DNA of 64,000 bases from the NCBI GenBank assembly GCA_963748825.1, contig CAVVKN010000022.1:64001-128000 (forward strand). Reading direction: 5' to 3'. The notes below the pieces were generated by a model. That model did no database searches, was not told the origin of the DNA, and saw only the letters and a program-made list of their open reading frames with translations. This document shows positions 53,590 to 64,000 of the stretch, one piece after another (the stretch's first letter is position 1; the number at the start of each line of letters is the position of its first letter). The translations under genes and the position numbers were made by a program. The stretch is from Methanotrichaceae archaeon. Lineage in GTDB: Archaea; Halobacteriota; Methanosarcinia; Methanotrichales; Methanotrichaceae.

Positions 53590-54882
53590 TCAGGATTGGA
53601 CCGAAAGAGAGCGTCTGTTCAACATTGCTGCCAGACCTCCCAGAATCACGAGGCCAAGACCGATGGCCATAACCTGCCAGTCGAGTTGGGCAAGCATAAA
53701 GGCGTTAAAGAATATACCCAGGACAGGAAGCAAAGGAAGCCTACCCCAGGAAAGAGGCACCTGGAAGGGACGATGTACCTCGGATTTTCGGTATCTCAGC
53801 ACAATTAGAGCGGCATTGATCACCATGAAGGTTACAAATACGGTGAAGTTGTTGACATTGGCCACAAAGGCGATATCCCCTAAAAATACAAAAGCCATGG
53901 CAAAGGTCATGGAAAGGAGAGCGGCAACCCATGGGGTTTGGGTCCGAGGATGGACCCGTGCCAGGATTTGGGGGAGGGACCCTGCCTGTGCCATGCCGTA
54001 GATGATTCTGGATGAAGCCAGGAGCATGAGCAGCACGGTGTTGGTTGTGGCAAATAGCGCCACAATCGAGATTATAGTGGAGGCATTGGGCCCTAAGGCG
54101 GAATATGCAATATCGGCAAAAGGCGCAGACGATTGGCTCAGCCTCTCCCAGCCAAGAACGCTCACAGCGGAAAATGCCACCATAATGTAGAGGACAATGC
54201 TCGCCGACATGGCCAGAATAAGGCCCCTTGGGATGTTTTTTTCCGGGTCTTTTGTCTCCTCGGAAAGCTTGACCATCTCCTCAAAGCCGATGAAGGCGAA
54301 GAATATCAGGGCAGATGCCTGGAATATGCCGGAAAAGCCCAGAGGCGACATCTCCAGCAGGTCGACTCTGCCTAGGTACGCAGTTCCCAATAGTATTATA
54401 AATACGAGCCCTGAGGCCTCTATCGCCGTGAAGGTAATGACCAGTCGGGCTGACTGCTTGATGCCCACAGAAACGATCGCGGAAAGAACGGCAAGCAAGA
54501 TAAGAGCCGAAGGCAATAAAGAAGCTCCTGTGAGCGCCTGAAAGTACCCGGCAAAGCCCAGGGAGACTGTAGCCGCTCCGATCACGCCGCTGAAGATGAT
54601 CAGCCAGCCGATAATGAATGCAGGAAAAGGTCCGAAGGCCTGAGATGTATATTCGTATTCTGCGCTAGCCTTGGGAAACATTGAAACAAGCTCGGCATAG
54701 GAAAGTCCCGTAAAGACGGCAACGATCGCTGATAGCGCGAAGGATATCCAGACGGCATTTCCCGCCAGGCCCGCCGCCTCGCCTATGAGCGCATAAATGC
54801 CAGCACCAAGGATAATGCCAATGCCCGATAAGGTAACCTCAAAGAGCCCTAACGTGCGCCGAAGCTGGACCTTTCCCTGCAC
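53590..54882 (-). CDS. APC family amino acid permease
   Basis: GIILGAGIY, SYAEL, FFAFIGFE, EETKDP, SRIIYGMA. Confidence 0.92.
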   Translation of the reverse strand: MQGKVQLRRTLGLFEVTLSGIGIILGAGIYALIGEAAGLAGNAVWISFALSAIVAVFTGLSYAELVSMFPKASAEYEYTSQAFGPFPAFIIGWLIIFSGVIGAATVSLGFAGYFQALTGASLLPSALILLAVLSAIVSVGIKQSARLVITFTAIEASGLVFIILLGTAYLGRVDLLEMSPLGFSGIFQASALIFFAFIGFEEMVKLSEETKDPEKNIPRGLILAMSASIVLYIMVAFSAVSVLGWERLSQSSAPFADIAYSALGPNASTIISIVALFATTNTVLLMLLASSRIIYGMAQAGSLPQILARVHPRTQTPWVAALLSMTFAMAFVFLGDIAFVANVNNFTVFVTFMVINAALIVLRYRKSEVHRPFQVPLSWGRLPLLPVLGIFFNAFMLAQLDWQVMAIGLGLVILGGLAAMLNRRSLSVQS

Positions 54883-55232
54883 AAATTATCCTGGACTGTC
54901 TTCTATTTATGGCTTTGTGAGTTGCAAAAATGTGAAAATTACTGGATGGCCTGCTGGCGCGAGGGCGACAAGACGCGCAATGCGCACCTGGAGCGCCAGG
55001 AAGATGGATGTTAAGGCTCCGGGCGGAAGTCTTGGACGATGAATGGAAGGCCGTGGCACGTTTGCTGGTAATCTTCAGAGACTATCCGCTAGGACATAGC
55101 CTAAATATATGGATTTCGTATCTGAGATTACGAGAGGGAAATGAGAACTCCGCACGTCTGGGCATGAGAATTAGCTGCGCAAACTTTTTCATTAGTTCTA
55201 CCAAATAGTCCATTATGGATGGTTCTACGAAA

Positions 55233-55526
55233 TTGAAATTTGTTCTTATATCAATATCAATAGTGCTGGCTATGATGAGCGCGTCTGTTCTGGGACAAGA
55301 ACATACAGCCGATTACTGGCTAACCCAGGGAGATAAATATTATAAAAATGAAGATTACAATGTTGCTCTTGATTAATCTATCGAAGCTTATAACAAAGCC
55401 ATCGAAATAAACCCAAAATTCGGGAGCGCCTGGCTTGGTAAGAGTATAATACTCAGGGTGCTTCATCGTGATTCCGAGGCAGATGCGGCCATCGCTAAAG
55501 TCTTTGAGACAATGAATAATGGCTAA
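55233..55526 (+). pseudogene. Secreted TPR protein remnant with in-frame stop
   Basis: QEHTADYWLTQGD...ALD*SIEAYNKAIEINPKFGSAWLGK...EADAAIAK. Confidence 0.65.
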
Positions 55527-55966
55527 TCTCAACCAAGGATGCTACGTGTTGCCTATATGCCTGTGTCAGCAAATCCTTGGCCGACCAGGCCTGTTAATAT
55601 TTTTATAAATAGCTTTCCAAACTCATTAAGGTCTTCTTATTATTCGCGATAGATTTTATAGCAATTTTTGATTTTACTGATAGTGATAAATCGCAGCCAG
55701 GCAGTTGTCGAAAATTCATTCCATAGCATGCTGCAATAGGCAGTTTGGCAGAAAGCATTTGGCCGATCTGGGAAGACTGTATAAGGTACTGTGTATAACT
55801 TGTAGGTTCTGGCGTGCATCTCGTTTTTGCAATCCCCTATCATTCCATATGCATTGGATAAACCATAAATTATCTTGGAATGTATTACTATCAGCGTTTT
55901 TGCGCTATTCGAAGGATATATCTCTAAAGACTGCCGCAATGATAACGGATTGGAGCTGACACATTC

Positions 55967-58156
55967 ATGCAAGGCATCAAAGACAAATTCCCCCATTTGC
56001 CGGAAAAGATCTCAGGACTGCGAGAGCTGGCCTACAACCTGTGGTGGAGCTGGCACCCCGAGGGCCGGGGGCTCTTCAAGCTCCTCAATCGCCAGGGCTG
56101 GTATCTGAGCAACCATAACCCAGTAAAGATGATCAACCGCATGAACAAGGGAGCGCTGGAGGCGGCCACATCCGATCCTCACTTCATGAGGCATTATGAA
56201 TCCGTGATGTCCCGCTTTGAGAGCTACATGGATCCATCCACTGGCTGGTTTCGCACTCGTGTAACTGATCCGGAAAAGTACAAAATCGCCTACTTCTCAG
56301 CGGAATACGGCCTGCACCACGCTCTGCCCTTTTATGCGGGCGGCCTGGGCTTTTTGGCGGGAGACTTTCTCAAGGAGTGCAGCGACCTTGGCTTGCCTCT
56401 TGTGGCAGTGGGATTCATGTACCCGCAAGGGTACCTTCGCCAAATGATCTCGCCGGAGGGCTGGCAGGTAGGGGCCTGCGAGATGATGGACCGGGAGAAT
56501 GCGCCCATTAGAAAGATGGTGGATTCCAATGGTGATCCTATCACCATTAAGGTGCCGGTCATGGACCCGCCTATTTATTTGGAGGTCTGGATGGTCCAGG
56601 TGGGAAAGACCAGCCTCTATTTGATCGATACCTCCAGCGAAGCCAATGACCCCTGGAATCGCATCATTTCCGACCGGCTTTATACCGGCGATCTGGAGCA
56701 GCGCCTGCGCCAGGAGATCGTCCTCGGCATTGGCGGCGTGTGCATCTTGCGCCATCTGGGAGTGAATTATTCCGTTCTTCATTGCAACGAGGGCCATCCA
56801 GCTTTTGCCGTCCTGGGGAGGATTCGGCAGAAGGTAGAAGGAGGAATGAGCTACCTGGATGCCTTCGAGCAGGTCCGTAGCACTACGGTCTTCACCACGC
56901 ACACGCCCGTGCCCGCAGGGCATGATGTCTTTTCCTATCAACTGATGGACAAGTACTTCGGCTCTTATCTGCCCACACTGGATCTCCCTCGGGATGAGCT
57001 CTTCCGTTTGGGGATGAATCCGGCCAAGCCGGAGGGCTTTAACATGACTGCCTTTGCCCTGCGCTGCAGTGCTTACCGAAACGCTGTGAGCAAGAAGCAC
57101 GGGGAGGTCAGCCGGAAGATGTGGCAGCAGCTTTGGCCCGAACTAACGGTGGACAAGGTTCCCATTGAGTACATCACCAATGGCGTGCATGTACCCTCCT
57201 GGATTGACCGGCGCCTGGGTGATGTGATCTTCAACCGCTACCTAGGGAGGACATGGCTGGAGGAGCACGATCAGCCTGCTATCTGGCAGTTGATCGACGA
57301 GGTACCGGATAGCGTTCTCTGGGAACATCATCGCTTTATGAAAGGGATGCTCATTACCAAGATAAGAGAACGGGCCCGAAATAAGTGGCGTAAATCGGGC
57401 TCGGATCCCAACAATGTCATGGCCTCAGGGGTGCTGCTCGATCCGGCTGCCCTCACTTTAGGCTTTGCCAGACGCTTCGCCTCTTACAAACGGCCCACGC
57501 TCCTCTTGCAGGATATGGCCAGGCTGGCAAAAATCGTGAGCGATCCCTGGAGGCCGGTGCAAATCATCTTTGCCGGCAAAGCTCATCAGGACGACCAGCA
57601 GAGCAAGCAGCTCTTGCAGCAGGTCTTCAATGCTGCCAAGGACCAGTCCTATGGAGGACGCATCGCCTTTGTGGAGGATTACGATGAGCTCTTGGCGCAG
57701 TATCTGGTGCATGGCGTTGATGTCTGGGTGAACAATCCCCTGCCGCCCATGGAGGCCAGCGGAACGAGCGGCATGAAGGCAACGCTAAACGGAGTTCCGC
57801 AGCTTTCTGTCCTGGACGGCTGGTGGATCGAAGGCTACAACGGCAAGAACGGATGGGCAGTGGAAGGCGCGGGAGAGGGGCCGGACAGGGACGCACGCGA
57901 TGCAGCGGCCATCTACGATCTGCTGGAGAAGGATATTGTGCCTCTGTTCTATGATGTGGACGAGGATGGTGTCTCGCACGGCTGGACGGCTGTCATGAAG
58001 GAGGCCATCAAGATGACCGGGCCGGGATTCTCCGCTCGCAGGATGGCCAAGGAGTACACAGAGAGGTTCTATCGCAAAGCCCTTGAGGCGGCCATGAAGA
58101 CGGATAGCGGAGGAGAGAGAGGGATCGTCAAGAGGGATATGTTCGGCGGCATTTAA
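55967..58156 (+). CDS. glgP: Alpha-glucan (glycogen) phosphorylase
   Basis: LAYNLWWSW, YAGGLG.LAGD, NEGH, FTTHTP, ARRFASYKR, EASGTSGMK. Confidence 0.95.
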   Translation: MQGIKDKFPHLPEKISGLRELAYNLWWSWHPEGRGLFKLLNRQGWYLSNHNPVKMINRMNKGALEAATSDPHFMRHYESVMSRFESYMDPSTGWFRTRVTDPEKYKIAYFSAEYGLHHALPFYAGGLGFLAGDFLKECSDLGLPLVAVGFMYPQGYLRQMISPEGWQVGACEMMDRENAPIRKMVDSNGDPITIKVPVMDPPIYLEVWMVQVGKTSLYLIDTSSEANDPWNRIISDRLYTGDLEQRLRQEIVLGIGGVCILRHLGVNYSVLHCNEGHPAFAVLGRIRQKVEGGMSYLDAFEQVRSTTVFTTHTPVPAGHDVFSYQLMDKYFGSYLPTLDLPRDELFRLGMNPAKPEGFNMTAFALRCSAYRNAVSKKHGEVSRKMWQQLWPELTVDKVPIEYITNGVHVPSWIDRRLGDVIFNRYLGRTWLEEHDQPAIWQLIDEVPDSVLWEHHRFMKGMLITKIRERARNKWRKSGSDPNNVMASGVLLDPAALTLGFARRFASYKRPTLLLQDMARLAKIVSDPWRPVQIIFAGKAHQDDQQSKQLLQQVFNAAKDQSYGGRIAFVEDYDELLAQYLVHGVDVWVNNPLPPMEASGTSGMKATLNGVPQLSVLDGWWIEGYNGKNGWAVEGAGEGPDRDARDAAAIYDLLEKDIVPLFYDVDEDGVSHGWTAVMKEAIKMTGPGFSARRMAKEYTERFYRKALEAAMKTDSGGERGIVKRDMFGGI

Positions 58157-58259
58157 ACAATTTTTCTTTTTTGGCTTTTTTGATTCATCTTCAAGGCATT
58201 CCCTTTGCGAAGGGTTTATCTACCTTCATGCCAACCTGATCGTTTCAAAGGGTTTCACC

Positions 58260-59330
58260 ATGATTTCAAAAGAAGATATTCAAGAGATTTTGAAGGGATA
58301 CGATAAGAACGATCTAACCATTGCTACCATCTGCTCACACAGCAGCCTGCAAATTTTCCATGGTGCGCGCCTGGAGGGCTTTAAAACCCTGGGAATCTGC
58401 ATCGGTCAGCCGCCTCGCTTCTACGATGCCTTTCCCTTAGCAAAGCCTGATAAGTTCTTCTCTGTAGAGAGCTATAAAGCACTCTTGGATTATGCAGAGG
58501 ATCTCGTAGCCGAAAACGTAATAATAATTCCGCATGGCTCTTTGGTTGAGTATTTGGGAATCGAGAATTTTGAGTCGCTGGCTGTTCCCACCTTCGGAAA
58601 CCGTCGCGTTTTGGCCTGGGAGAGCGACCGGGAGATGGAGCGAGAATGGCTTCTCAAGGCCGGAGTCAACGTTCCCATGCGATTTGAAACTGCGGAAGAT
58701 ATCGACCGGCCGGTCATCATAAAATATCACGGCGCCAAAGGCGGGCGGGGTTTTTTCATTGCCAAGACAAAAGAAGAACTGCAGTCGAAGATGAACACGG
58801 CGGAGAAGTACACCATCCAGGAGTTCATCTTGGGCACCAGATACTACATTCATTTCTTCTATTCGCCCATAAAACAGGATGGGTACCATCTTAGCAAGGG
58901 CTCTTTGCAGATGCTGGGCATCGATCGGCGCGTGGAGTCCAATGCCGACGAGATCTTTCGCATCGGAAGCATGAAAGAGCTGGCCGAGGCCGGCATCTAT
59001 CCGAGCTTTGTGGTCACGGGCAACCTGCCGCTGGTCCTTCGCGAGTCTCTCCTGCCCCGTGCCTTTGAGCTGGGAGAGAGGGTCGTGGAAACCAGCCTGG
59101 ACCTCTTCGGTGGAATGATCGGCGCCTTCAGCCTGGAGACGATAGTCACCGATGAGCTGGAGTTCAAGGTCTTCGAGATCTCGGCCAGAATCGTTGCGGG
59201 CACCAATCTCTACGCAAGCGGATCGCCTTACTCGGACCTCATAGAACCGGGCCTCTCTAATGGCCGGCGCATTGCCCAGGAGATCAAGTCGGCCAATGAG
59301 AAGAACCTGCTGCATGAGATCATAACCTAA
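58260..59330 (+). CDS. purP: Formate-dependent AICAR formyltransferase (ATP-grasp, PurP family)
   Basis: ATICSHSSLQI, PHGS, GAKGGRG, LRESLL, FEISARIVAGTN. Confidence 0.9.
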   Translation: MISKEDIQEILKGYDKNDLTIATICSHSSLQIFHGARLEGFKTLGICIGQPPRFYDAFPLAKPDKFFSVESYKALLDYAEDLVAENVIIIPHGSLVEYLGIENFESLAVPTFGNRRVLAWESDREMEREWLLKAGVNVPMRFETAEDIDRPVIIKYHGAKGGRGFFIAKTKEELQSKMNTAEKYTIQEFILGTRYYIHFFYSPIKQDGYHLSKGSLQMLGIDRRVESNADEIFRIGSMKELAEAGIYPSFVVTGNLPLVLRESLLPRAFELGERVVETSLDLFGGMIGAFSLETIVTDELEFKVFEISARIVAGTNLYASGSPYSDLIEPGLSNGRRIAQEIKSANEKNLLHEIIT

Positions 59331-59372
59331 AAAAGAAAGGCTTATCTTGGAGTGGTCTCTAGAGGTGCCAAT

Positions 59373-60563
59373 ATGTCAGGCCTGATTAAGACCTTCCAGG
59401 AGGCCACGCTGCTACAGTGCGGCTTTTTAGAGAAGCTGTTGGATCTGGATATGGCAAGCGTTGCTGCCTTTTCCGACTCCATGGTGGATTTTTTGAGACC
59501 GTCGCCGGACAACAAGTTCGTCTATGGCCTTGCGGCGGGCCGGTCCGCTCTCGCTCTTTACAGCTTCTTGCAGCTTATCCAAAATCACTTTGATAACGTA
59601 TTTCCTTTCACCCTGGAGGATCCCGTGCAAAGGCACTACCGCGAGGGCAAGAACCTGGGGATTGCCATCTCCGGCTCCGGAGAAACACAGGCGGTAAATA
59701 AATACATAAGTGATATCATCACTCTGGGCGGCGATATCAAGCTGATAACTGCCAATGAGAATGGAACAGCCTATAAGATGGTGAGCGAGTACGAGCGGGG
59801 TTCCGTTCTGGTGTTCACGGCCAGGACAAAACAGTCCACCGATAAGGATACGAGGTCCAGGCTCTCTCCCATGGGCACTGAGTTTGAGCTGCAGGTACTG
59901 GCCTTTTTAAATGCCCTTTTCGCAGATGTCCAGTCCCGGCTGAAGGGAGTCTGCGATCCAGCCTGTCCGGAATACCGCTCCACAATAAAGGACTTTGAAC
60001 AAAACGCTCGCCTTATCTCTCAAATGGACCCCGAGCATCTGGAGAACTGGTTTGGCAGGCTGCTACCCCGCAGCGGCAGATACATCATAGGGGGCGTTGG
60101 CAGATCCGGCCTGGTGGCCCGCGCCTTTGAAATGAGGTTCACCCACCTAAATAAAATCAGCTACTGGGAGAGAGATTTCAATACGCCCAGCTTTCAGATT
60201 GGAGACGTTTACATTCCCATAACCGGAATTGGCAACACCTATGAGGCCTTAGAGGGAACGGCCACGGCTCTGAGCAAAGGCGCTGATGTGATGCCAATCA
60301 CAGCCAATCCCTCCTCCCGGCAGGTCATGATGCTTAAGAAGCATGGCAAGGAGAAGGACATTGCCGTGATACCAGTAAAGCCAGAGTACAGGGAGCTATT
60401 CAGCGGAGACACGAGCTCCACCACCTGGCTGATGTCCGAATATACCAAATTCCGCAATCCAATCTTTGAGATCAACGCATCAGTGTTCACCAATAGCGTG
60501 GTGGCCGTGGGCGCGGAGTTTTTGGGCATCCTGGAAACGGGCATGAGAAGGATGCACGTATAA
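59373..60563 (+). CDS. Tandem SIS-domain protein (double 6-phospho-3-hexuloisomerase-like)
   Basis: Domain 1: AGRSAL, AISGSGET, PMGTEFE. Domain 2: GVGRSGLVARAFEMRF, ITANPSS, PIFE. Confidence 0.75.
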   Translation: MSGLIKTFQEATLLQCGFLEKLLDLDMASVAAFSDSMVDFLRPSPDNKFVYGLAAGRSALALYSFLQLIQNHFDNVFPFTLEDPVQRHYREGKNLGIAISGSGETQAVNKYISDIITLGGDIKLITANENGTAYKMVSEYERGSVLVFTARTKQSTDKDTRSRLSPMGTEFELQVLAFLNALFADVQSRLKGVCDPACPEYRSTIKDFEQNARLISQMDPEHLENWFGRLLPRSGRYIIGGVGRSGLVARAFEMRFTHLNKISYWERDFNTPSFQIGDVYIPITGIGNTYEALEGTATALSKGADVMPITANPSSRQVMMLKKHGKEKDIAVIPVKPEYRELFSGDTSSTTWLMSEYTKFRNPIFEINASVFTNSVVAVGAEFLGILETGMRRMHV

Positions 60564-60802
60564 ATTATATTGAAATGGATTGGGGATGATTCCGGACGCA
60601 AATCGGCGGCAAAGTCCGGTTCATCCAACTGTGGGATCCTGATTGTTTGGATTTGGACCTAAGCGATGGTGCCAAAGGCACATATGACATCGGAGGAGGC
60701 AATACTTACCTCTTTGCCTATGTGGTAGTTCCTGATGGTATCCCGGCCCATCCTCACGGCCCCTCCGGTCCATTGGGTCAGCTAAGGAATATCATAGTAT
60801 AT

Positions 60803-61567
60803 CTACTTCAAAGTTCTGTCAAAGAAGCTCACCATCTGCCAGAAGGCATCCTTGGCCGCAAAACTTTCCGATAGCTGGCCATCCTTGATCATGAAGCCAT
60901 GAGGCTCTCCCTGATAAACCTTCAACTCGAAGTACTTGCCGGTGGCATTCAATTCTTCAGCATAGCGATAGATATCCGAGACCTTGCTGGCTGCGTCATA
61001 GGTTCCATGAATTATCAGCATGGAATCATTTAGCTGGGAGATGAAGTCAGCTGGCCTAGACTCATTGAGGAAGCCTCCCGAGTAAGGGAAGCCGTAGAAG
61101 GCAACACCGGACTGGAAATCCATCTGGGGCAGAAAGAGCATTGTGTACCTTCCCCCGGCGCAAAAGCCGGTCAAACCCATCTTGCTGGAATTGACATCCG
61201 CTCTCTCTTTCAAGAAGGCCGAGCAATTCTCAATGAGCCGGCCTACCGTCTCATCGCTGGGAGTTCTGTTAAAGGTCTGCCACTGAGGAGCAATGACCAC
61301 ATAGCCTTCCGAGGCGAACTGGTCCGCCAGAGTCATGTATCCCGGCTCAAGGCCGTTAAAGGAGTGAATCATCACCACGCCAGGCCATTTGCCTTCTGCA
61401 ACAGGAACGGCCAGGTATGCGGGAAAGGTCATGTTTCCACTGGAAATATTTACGCTCTCGCTTTTCACCTGGCTTACAGCAGCATCCTTTTCACTTTTAT
61501 CCATCTGGGCGCAGCCTGAGATCGCTACCAGGGCGATCATCAGCAGACCCAGCACCAATTTGCTCAT
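60803..61567 (-). CDS. Dienelactone hydrolase family lipoprotein
   Basis: ISGC lipobox, GFCAGG, HGTYD, YQGEPHGF. Confidence 0.9.
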   Translation of the reverse strand: MSKLVLGLLMIALVAISGCAQMDKSEKDAAVSQVKSESVNISSGNMTFPAYLAVPVAEGKWPGVVMIHSFNGLEPGYMTLADQFASEGYVVIAPQWQTFNRTPSDETVGRLIENCSAFLKERADVNSSKMGLTGFCAGGRYTMLFLPQMDFQSGVAFYGFPYSGGFLNESRPADFISQLNDSMLIIHGTYDAASKVSDIYRYAEELNATGKYFELKVYQGEPHGFMIKDGQLSESFAAKDAFWQMVSFFDRTLK

Positions 61568-61609
61568 ATTTTTATTACCTCCTGCGATTTAATGTGAATG
61601 AAATTCAAA

Positions 61610-61790
61610 TCATATCATGGCTGCTCCATAGACAGAGAGAGCCTGATCTCCCGGCGAGAGAGTGTCATCGTTGAAGACGCGCAAGGCTCCGAAGCTGACG
61701 AACTCTGCGTCATAATAATCTCCAAAGCTGAAAGTGCCAGCGTCCGCTAAATGTCCCGTTTTGAATAGGGCCTTGTGCACGGTAAATGCT
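61610..61790 (-). pseudogene. Pirin N-terminal remnant
   Basis: GRWHF then frameshift to SFGDYYD..FVSFGALRVFNDDTLSPG, then truncated. Confidence 0.7.
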
Positions 61791-61859
61791 TTCCGGCGTT
61801 CTGATAGCAAGCATCATAATTTAGCCAGGTCTTATTCACAGTCAAATCATTTCCAATAA

Positions 61860-62696
61860 TCAGATCTTATCCGATCCAGTCAGCTCTTTTGTTAACCGCC
61901 AGAGCTTCTCCTGCAGATTTCGGTCGTAGCTGATGGGCGAGGAGCTCACTGCTTTGCATTCTTCGAAATAGCGGCCAGAGATCCCTTCCACCTTCGGCGA
62001 GCTGGCCAAGTAGACGGAAGTTCTCGCCCCCTTTTCCGGAGTATCCCCAGGATAATCTCCAAAGCCCGCCCGAAGCAATTTGGTTTTTATGACGCCAGGG
62101 TGCAGGCAGTTGGCAGTCACTCCTGTGCCCTGGAGCCGCTCCGCCAAAAAGTAGGTGAAGAGGATGAGGGCCAGCTTGGATAAAGCATAGGCGGCAAAGC
62201 CCTGGTAACTCTTCTCGCCTTGCAGGTTATCCCAATCCATCGCCCCATTCCAGTGAGCAATGGAGGCGACGTTGATGATACGGGAAGGCGCGCTCGCCTT
62301 CAACAAGTCGAGCAGCTCATGAGTGAGCAGGAATGGTGCGAGATAGTTGACGGAAAATGTGGTCTCCCATCCATCCTCCGTAATTTTGCGCTCAGGCTCA
62401 AATGTCCCTGCATTGTTTATGAGCAGGTGCAGACGGTCGTGCTCTTCCTTGACCTGTGCTGCCAGCCGTCTTACCTGCTCCTGGGAGGAGAAGTTTGCAA
62501 TGTAAAGATGCAAACGATCGCTTCCGGTTATGCGACGGATATCCGCTACCGCAGCCTCTCCTTTTCGTATATTGCGACCATGCAAGAGCACCGTTGCGCC
62601 CCGCCAGGCCAGTTCTAAGGCGGTGGCCTTGCCTATTCCATCCGTAGATCCGGTGACCAGAACAACTCTGCCATACAATTCCCTCGTCAGCTCCAT
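61860..62696 (-). CDS. Short-chain dehydrogenase/reductase
   Basis: TGSTDGIG, NNAG, YALSK, HPGVIKT. Confidence 0.92.
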   Translation of the reverse strand: MELTRELYGRVVLVTGSTDGIGKATALELAWRGATVLLHGRNIRKGEAAVADIRRITGSDRLHLYIANFSSQEQVRRLAAQVKEEHDRLHLLINNAGTFEPERKITEDGWETTFSVNYLAPFLLTHELLDLLKASAPSRIINVASIAHWNGAMDWDNLQGEKSYQGFAAYALSKLALILFTYFLAERLQGTGVTANCLHPGVIKTKLLRAGFGDYPGDTPEKGARTSVYLASSPKVEGISGRYFEECKAVSSSPISYDRNLQEKLWRLTKELTGSDKI

Positions 62697-63019
62697 TCCC
62701 GTCGCCTCCAAACCATCAGATCCACTCGCATCTGCGCAAACGCCATTCGCTTCGCACCATTCAACGAACCAATGGCCTCAATGCCATATTCGTGCCCATC
62801 AGACAATATCTCAATCGTTTTATAGAGCATCTTGATTCCTAAAATATCGTTACATATTATCTCATGATCCTATTTAAAAAATTGGGTATTCCAGCTAATT
62901 ATCAGATCCAGAAGTGCCCGCCCTCCCAGGAAGGTGTGAATCTGTTACCTGGACTCACCAGGGATGCGGCCAGCATCGGAGATCTGGCCTGAATCCTTAT
63001 GAATAATGGGAATATTACT

Positions 63020-64000
63020 CTATCCGCCTTTCAAACTTTTCACTCTCGTGAAGATCTGCTTCATGGTATCCTCGTTGCTCTCGGTGAAGGGAAAAGGCGA
63101 TCTTGTGAAGGGCTGGAAGTAGATTGGAACATCGTCCAGGCGGTAGAAGGTCCCGTCACACTCCATGGCATCAATCACGCCCGGCAGAACTACGTCGGAG
63201 AGCATAGTAGTAGGACAGGGTGCGATATCGATACAGGCCACTGGAATCTCGGCTAAATACTCAGCACAGGCCGCCGGAAAATGCGAGACCAGATCGGCGG
63301 AGACTATCAAAACAGCATCTATATCTCTTTCTCGGAGCAGGTCGACCGCGGTATACTCGCCCGGGTTGTAGCGAGGATAGCCGCGGGAGAAATCCAGGCC
63401 GAAAGGAAAGCCATAGAGATAGGAGGCGATCTGGTTGAAGCCAGCCACATTGCAATGACCCCGCAGGGCACCGATCACGAATTTGGTGTGAGCATTCAGC
63501 TCTTTTACCAAATTGAAAGCAGCTTCTGCGTTGCGATGTTTGCCATAGGATGAGGCGATCCCCAGGCCCACATAGATGGACCCAAAGTTGCAGCTCTTCA
63601 TCAGCTCAAGCATCTCTTCCATCTGGACGATGGAGACGCCGGTTACCTTTTCCACTGAGGGATGGGGCCTCTTGCCGTGCAAGAGTGTAAGCAGAGCTGA
63701 CAATAGCTCGTAATCGGTATTAGGACGAAGCTGGATATGCAGATCGGAATTTTCCGCAGTGATGCTCTTTCTCGGATCGACGGTGATGATGGTGCGATCA
63801 AACCGACCCCGCCTCGTCCAATAGCCTCGCGGGTAAACGGCATATCGGGACATGTGTCTGGGCATAGACTCCAGGGGATTTGAGCCCCAGTAGACGGCCA
63901 GGTCGGCTCTCGATTTGCTCTGGCCGGCGGTGGCGCCCACGCGCCCCGCTTCCTGGATGCCCATAGCTGTGGGCCCGTGACAGACGGTGGAGTTGGAATC
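63020..64000 (-). CDS. fwdB: Formylmethanofuran dehydrogenase subunit B (partial; 5' end outside window)
   Basis: NSTVCHGP, ADLAVYWGSNPLESMPRHMSRY, LRGHCNVAG, YNPGEY, GTFYRLD; Mo vs W isoenzyme not resolved. Confidence 0.9.
   Translation of the reverse strand, partial: DSNSTVCHGPTAMGIQEAGRVGATAGQSKSRADLAVYWGSNPLESMPRHMSRYAVYPRGYWTRRGRFDRTIITVDPRKSITAENSDLHIQLRPNTDYELLSALLTLLHGKRPHPSVEKVTGVSIVQMEEMLELMKSCNFGSIYVGLGIASSYGKHRNAEAAFNLVKELNAHTKFVIGALRGHCNVAGFNQIASYLYGFPFGLDFSRGYPRYNPGEYTAVDLLRERDIDAVLIVSADLVSHFPAACAEYLAEIPVACIDIAPCPTTMLSDVVLPGVIDAMECDGTFYRLDDVPIYFQPFTRSPFPFTESNEDTMKQIFTRVKSLKGG

Noticed and set aside
60600-60800. Possible gene fragment between the SIS protein and the hydrolase
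   Set aside because: No recognisable motif or credible start codon.

Overview
Archaeal chromosomal window, most likely a Methanothrix/Methanosarcinales-type methanogen (fwdB/fmdB, purP, DUF555, DRG GTPase, TATA-type promoters, many secreted hypotheticals); the taxon is inferred from gene content. Housekeeping genes (XPD-like helicase, uvrA, uvrC, feoB, K+ transport, glgP, purP) are mixed with accessory DNA. Main observations: (1) a ~7.5 kb defence island sits between two diverged copies of the 3' end of a solo Cas4-like gene. It holds a frameshifted type IIG restriction-modification gene whose C-terminal module recurs three times, each copy followed by different cargo. (2) One cargo is a dCTP-deaminase-fold protein lacking the canonical catalytic residues, coupled to a 2-TM membrane protein, a candidate new sensor/effector antiviral system. 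(3) Integron-like attC sites flank promoterless cassette-type genes at the left edge. (4) There is an intact single-ORF IS66-like element with TIRs and an 8-bp TSD. (5) Orphan duplicated gene ends recur next to inserted genes, along with many pseudogene fragments. Several single-base frameshifts in the first ~15 kb may be assembly errors. All family calls come from motif recognition by eye; no database searches were run.
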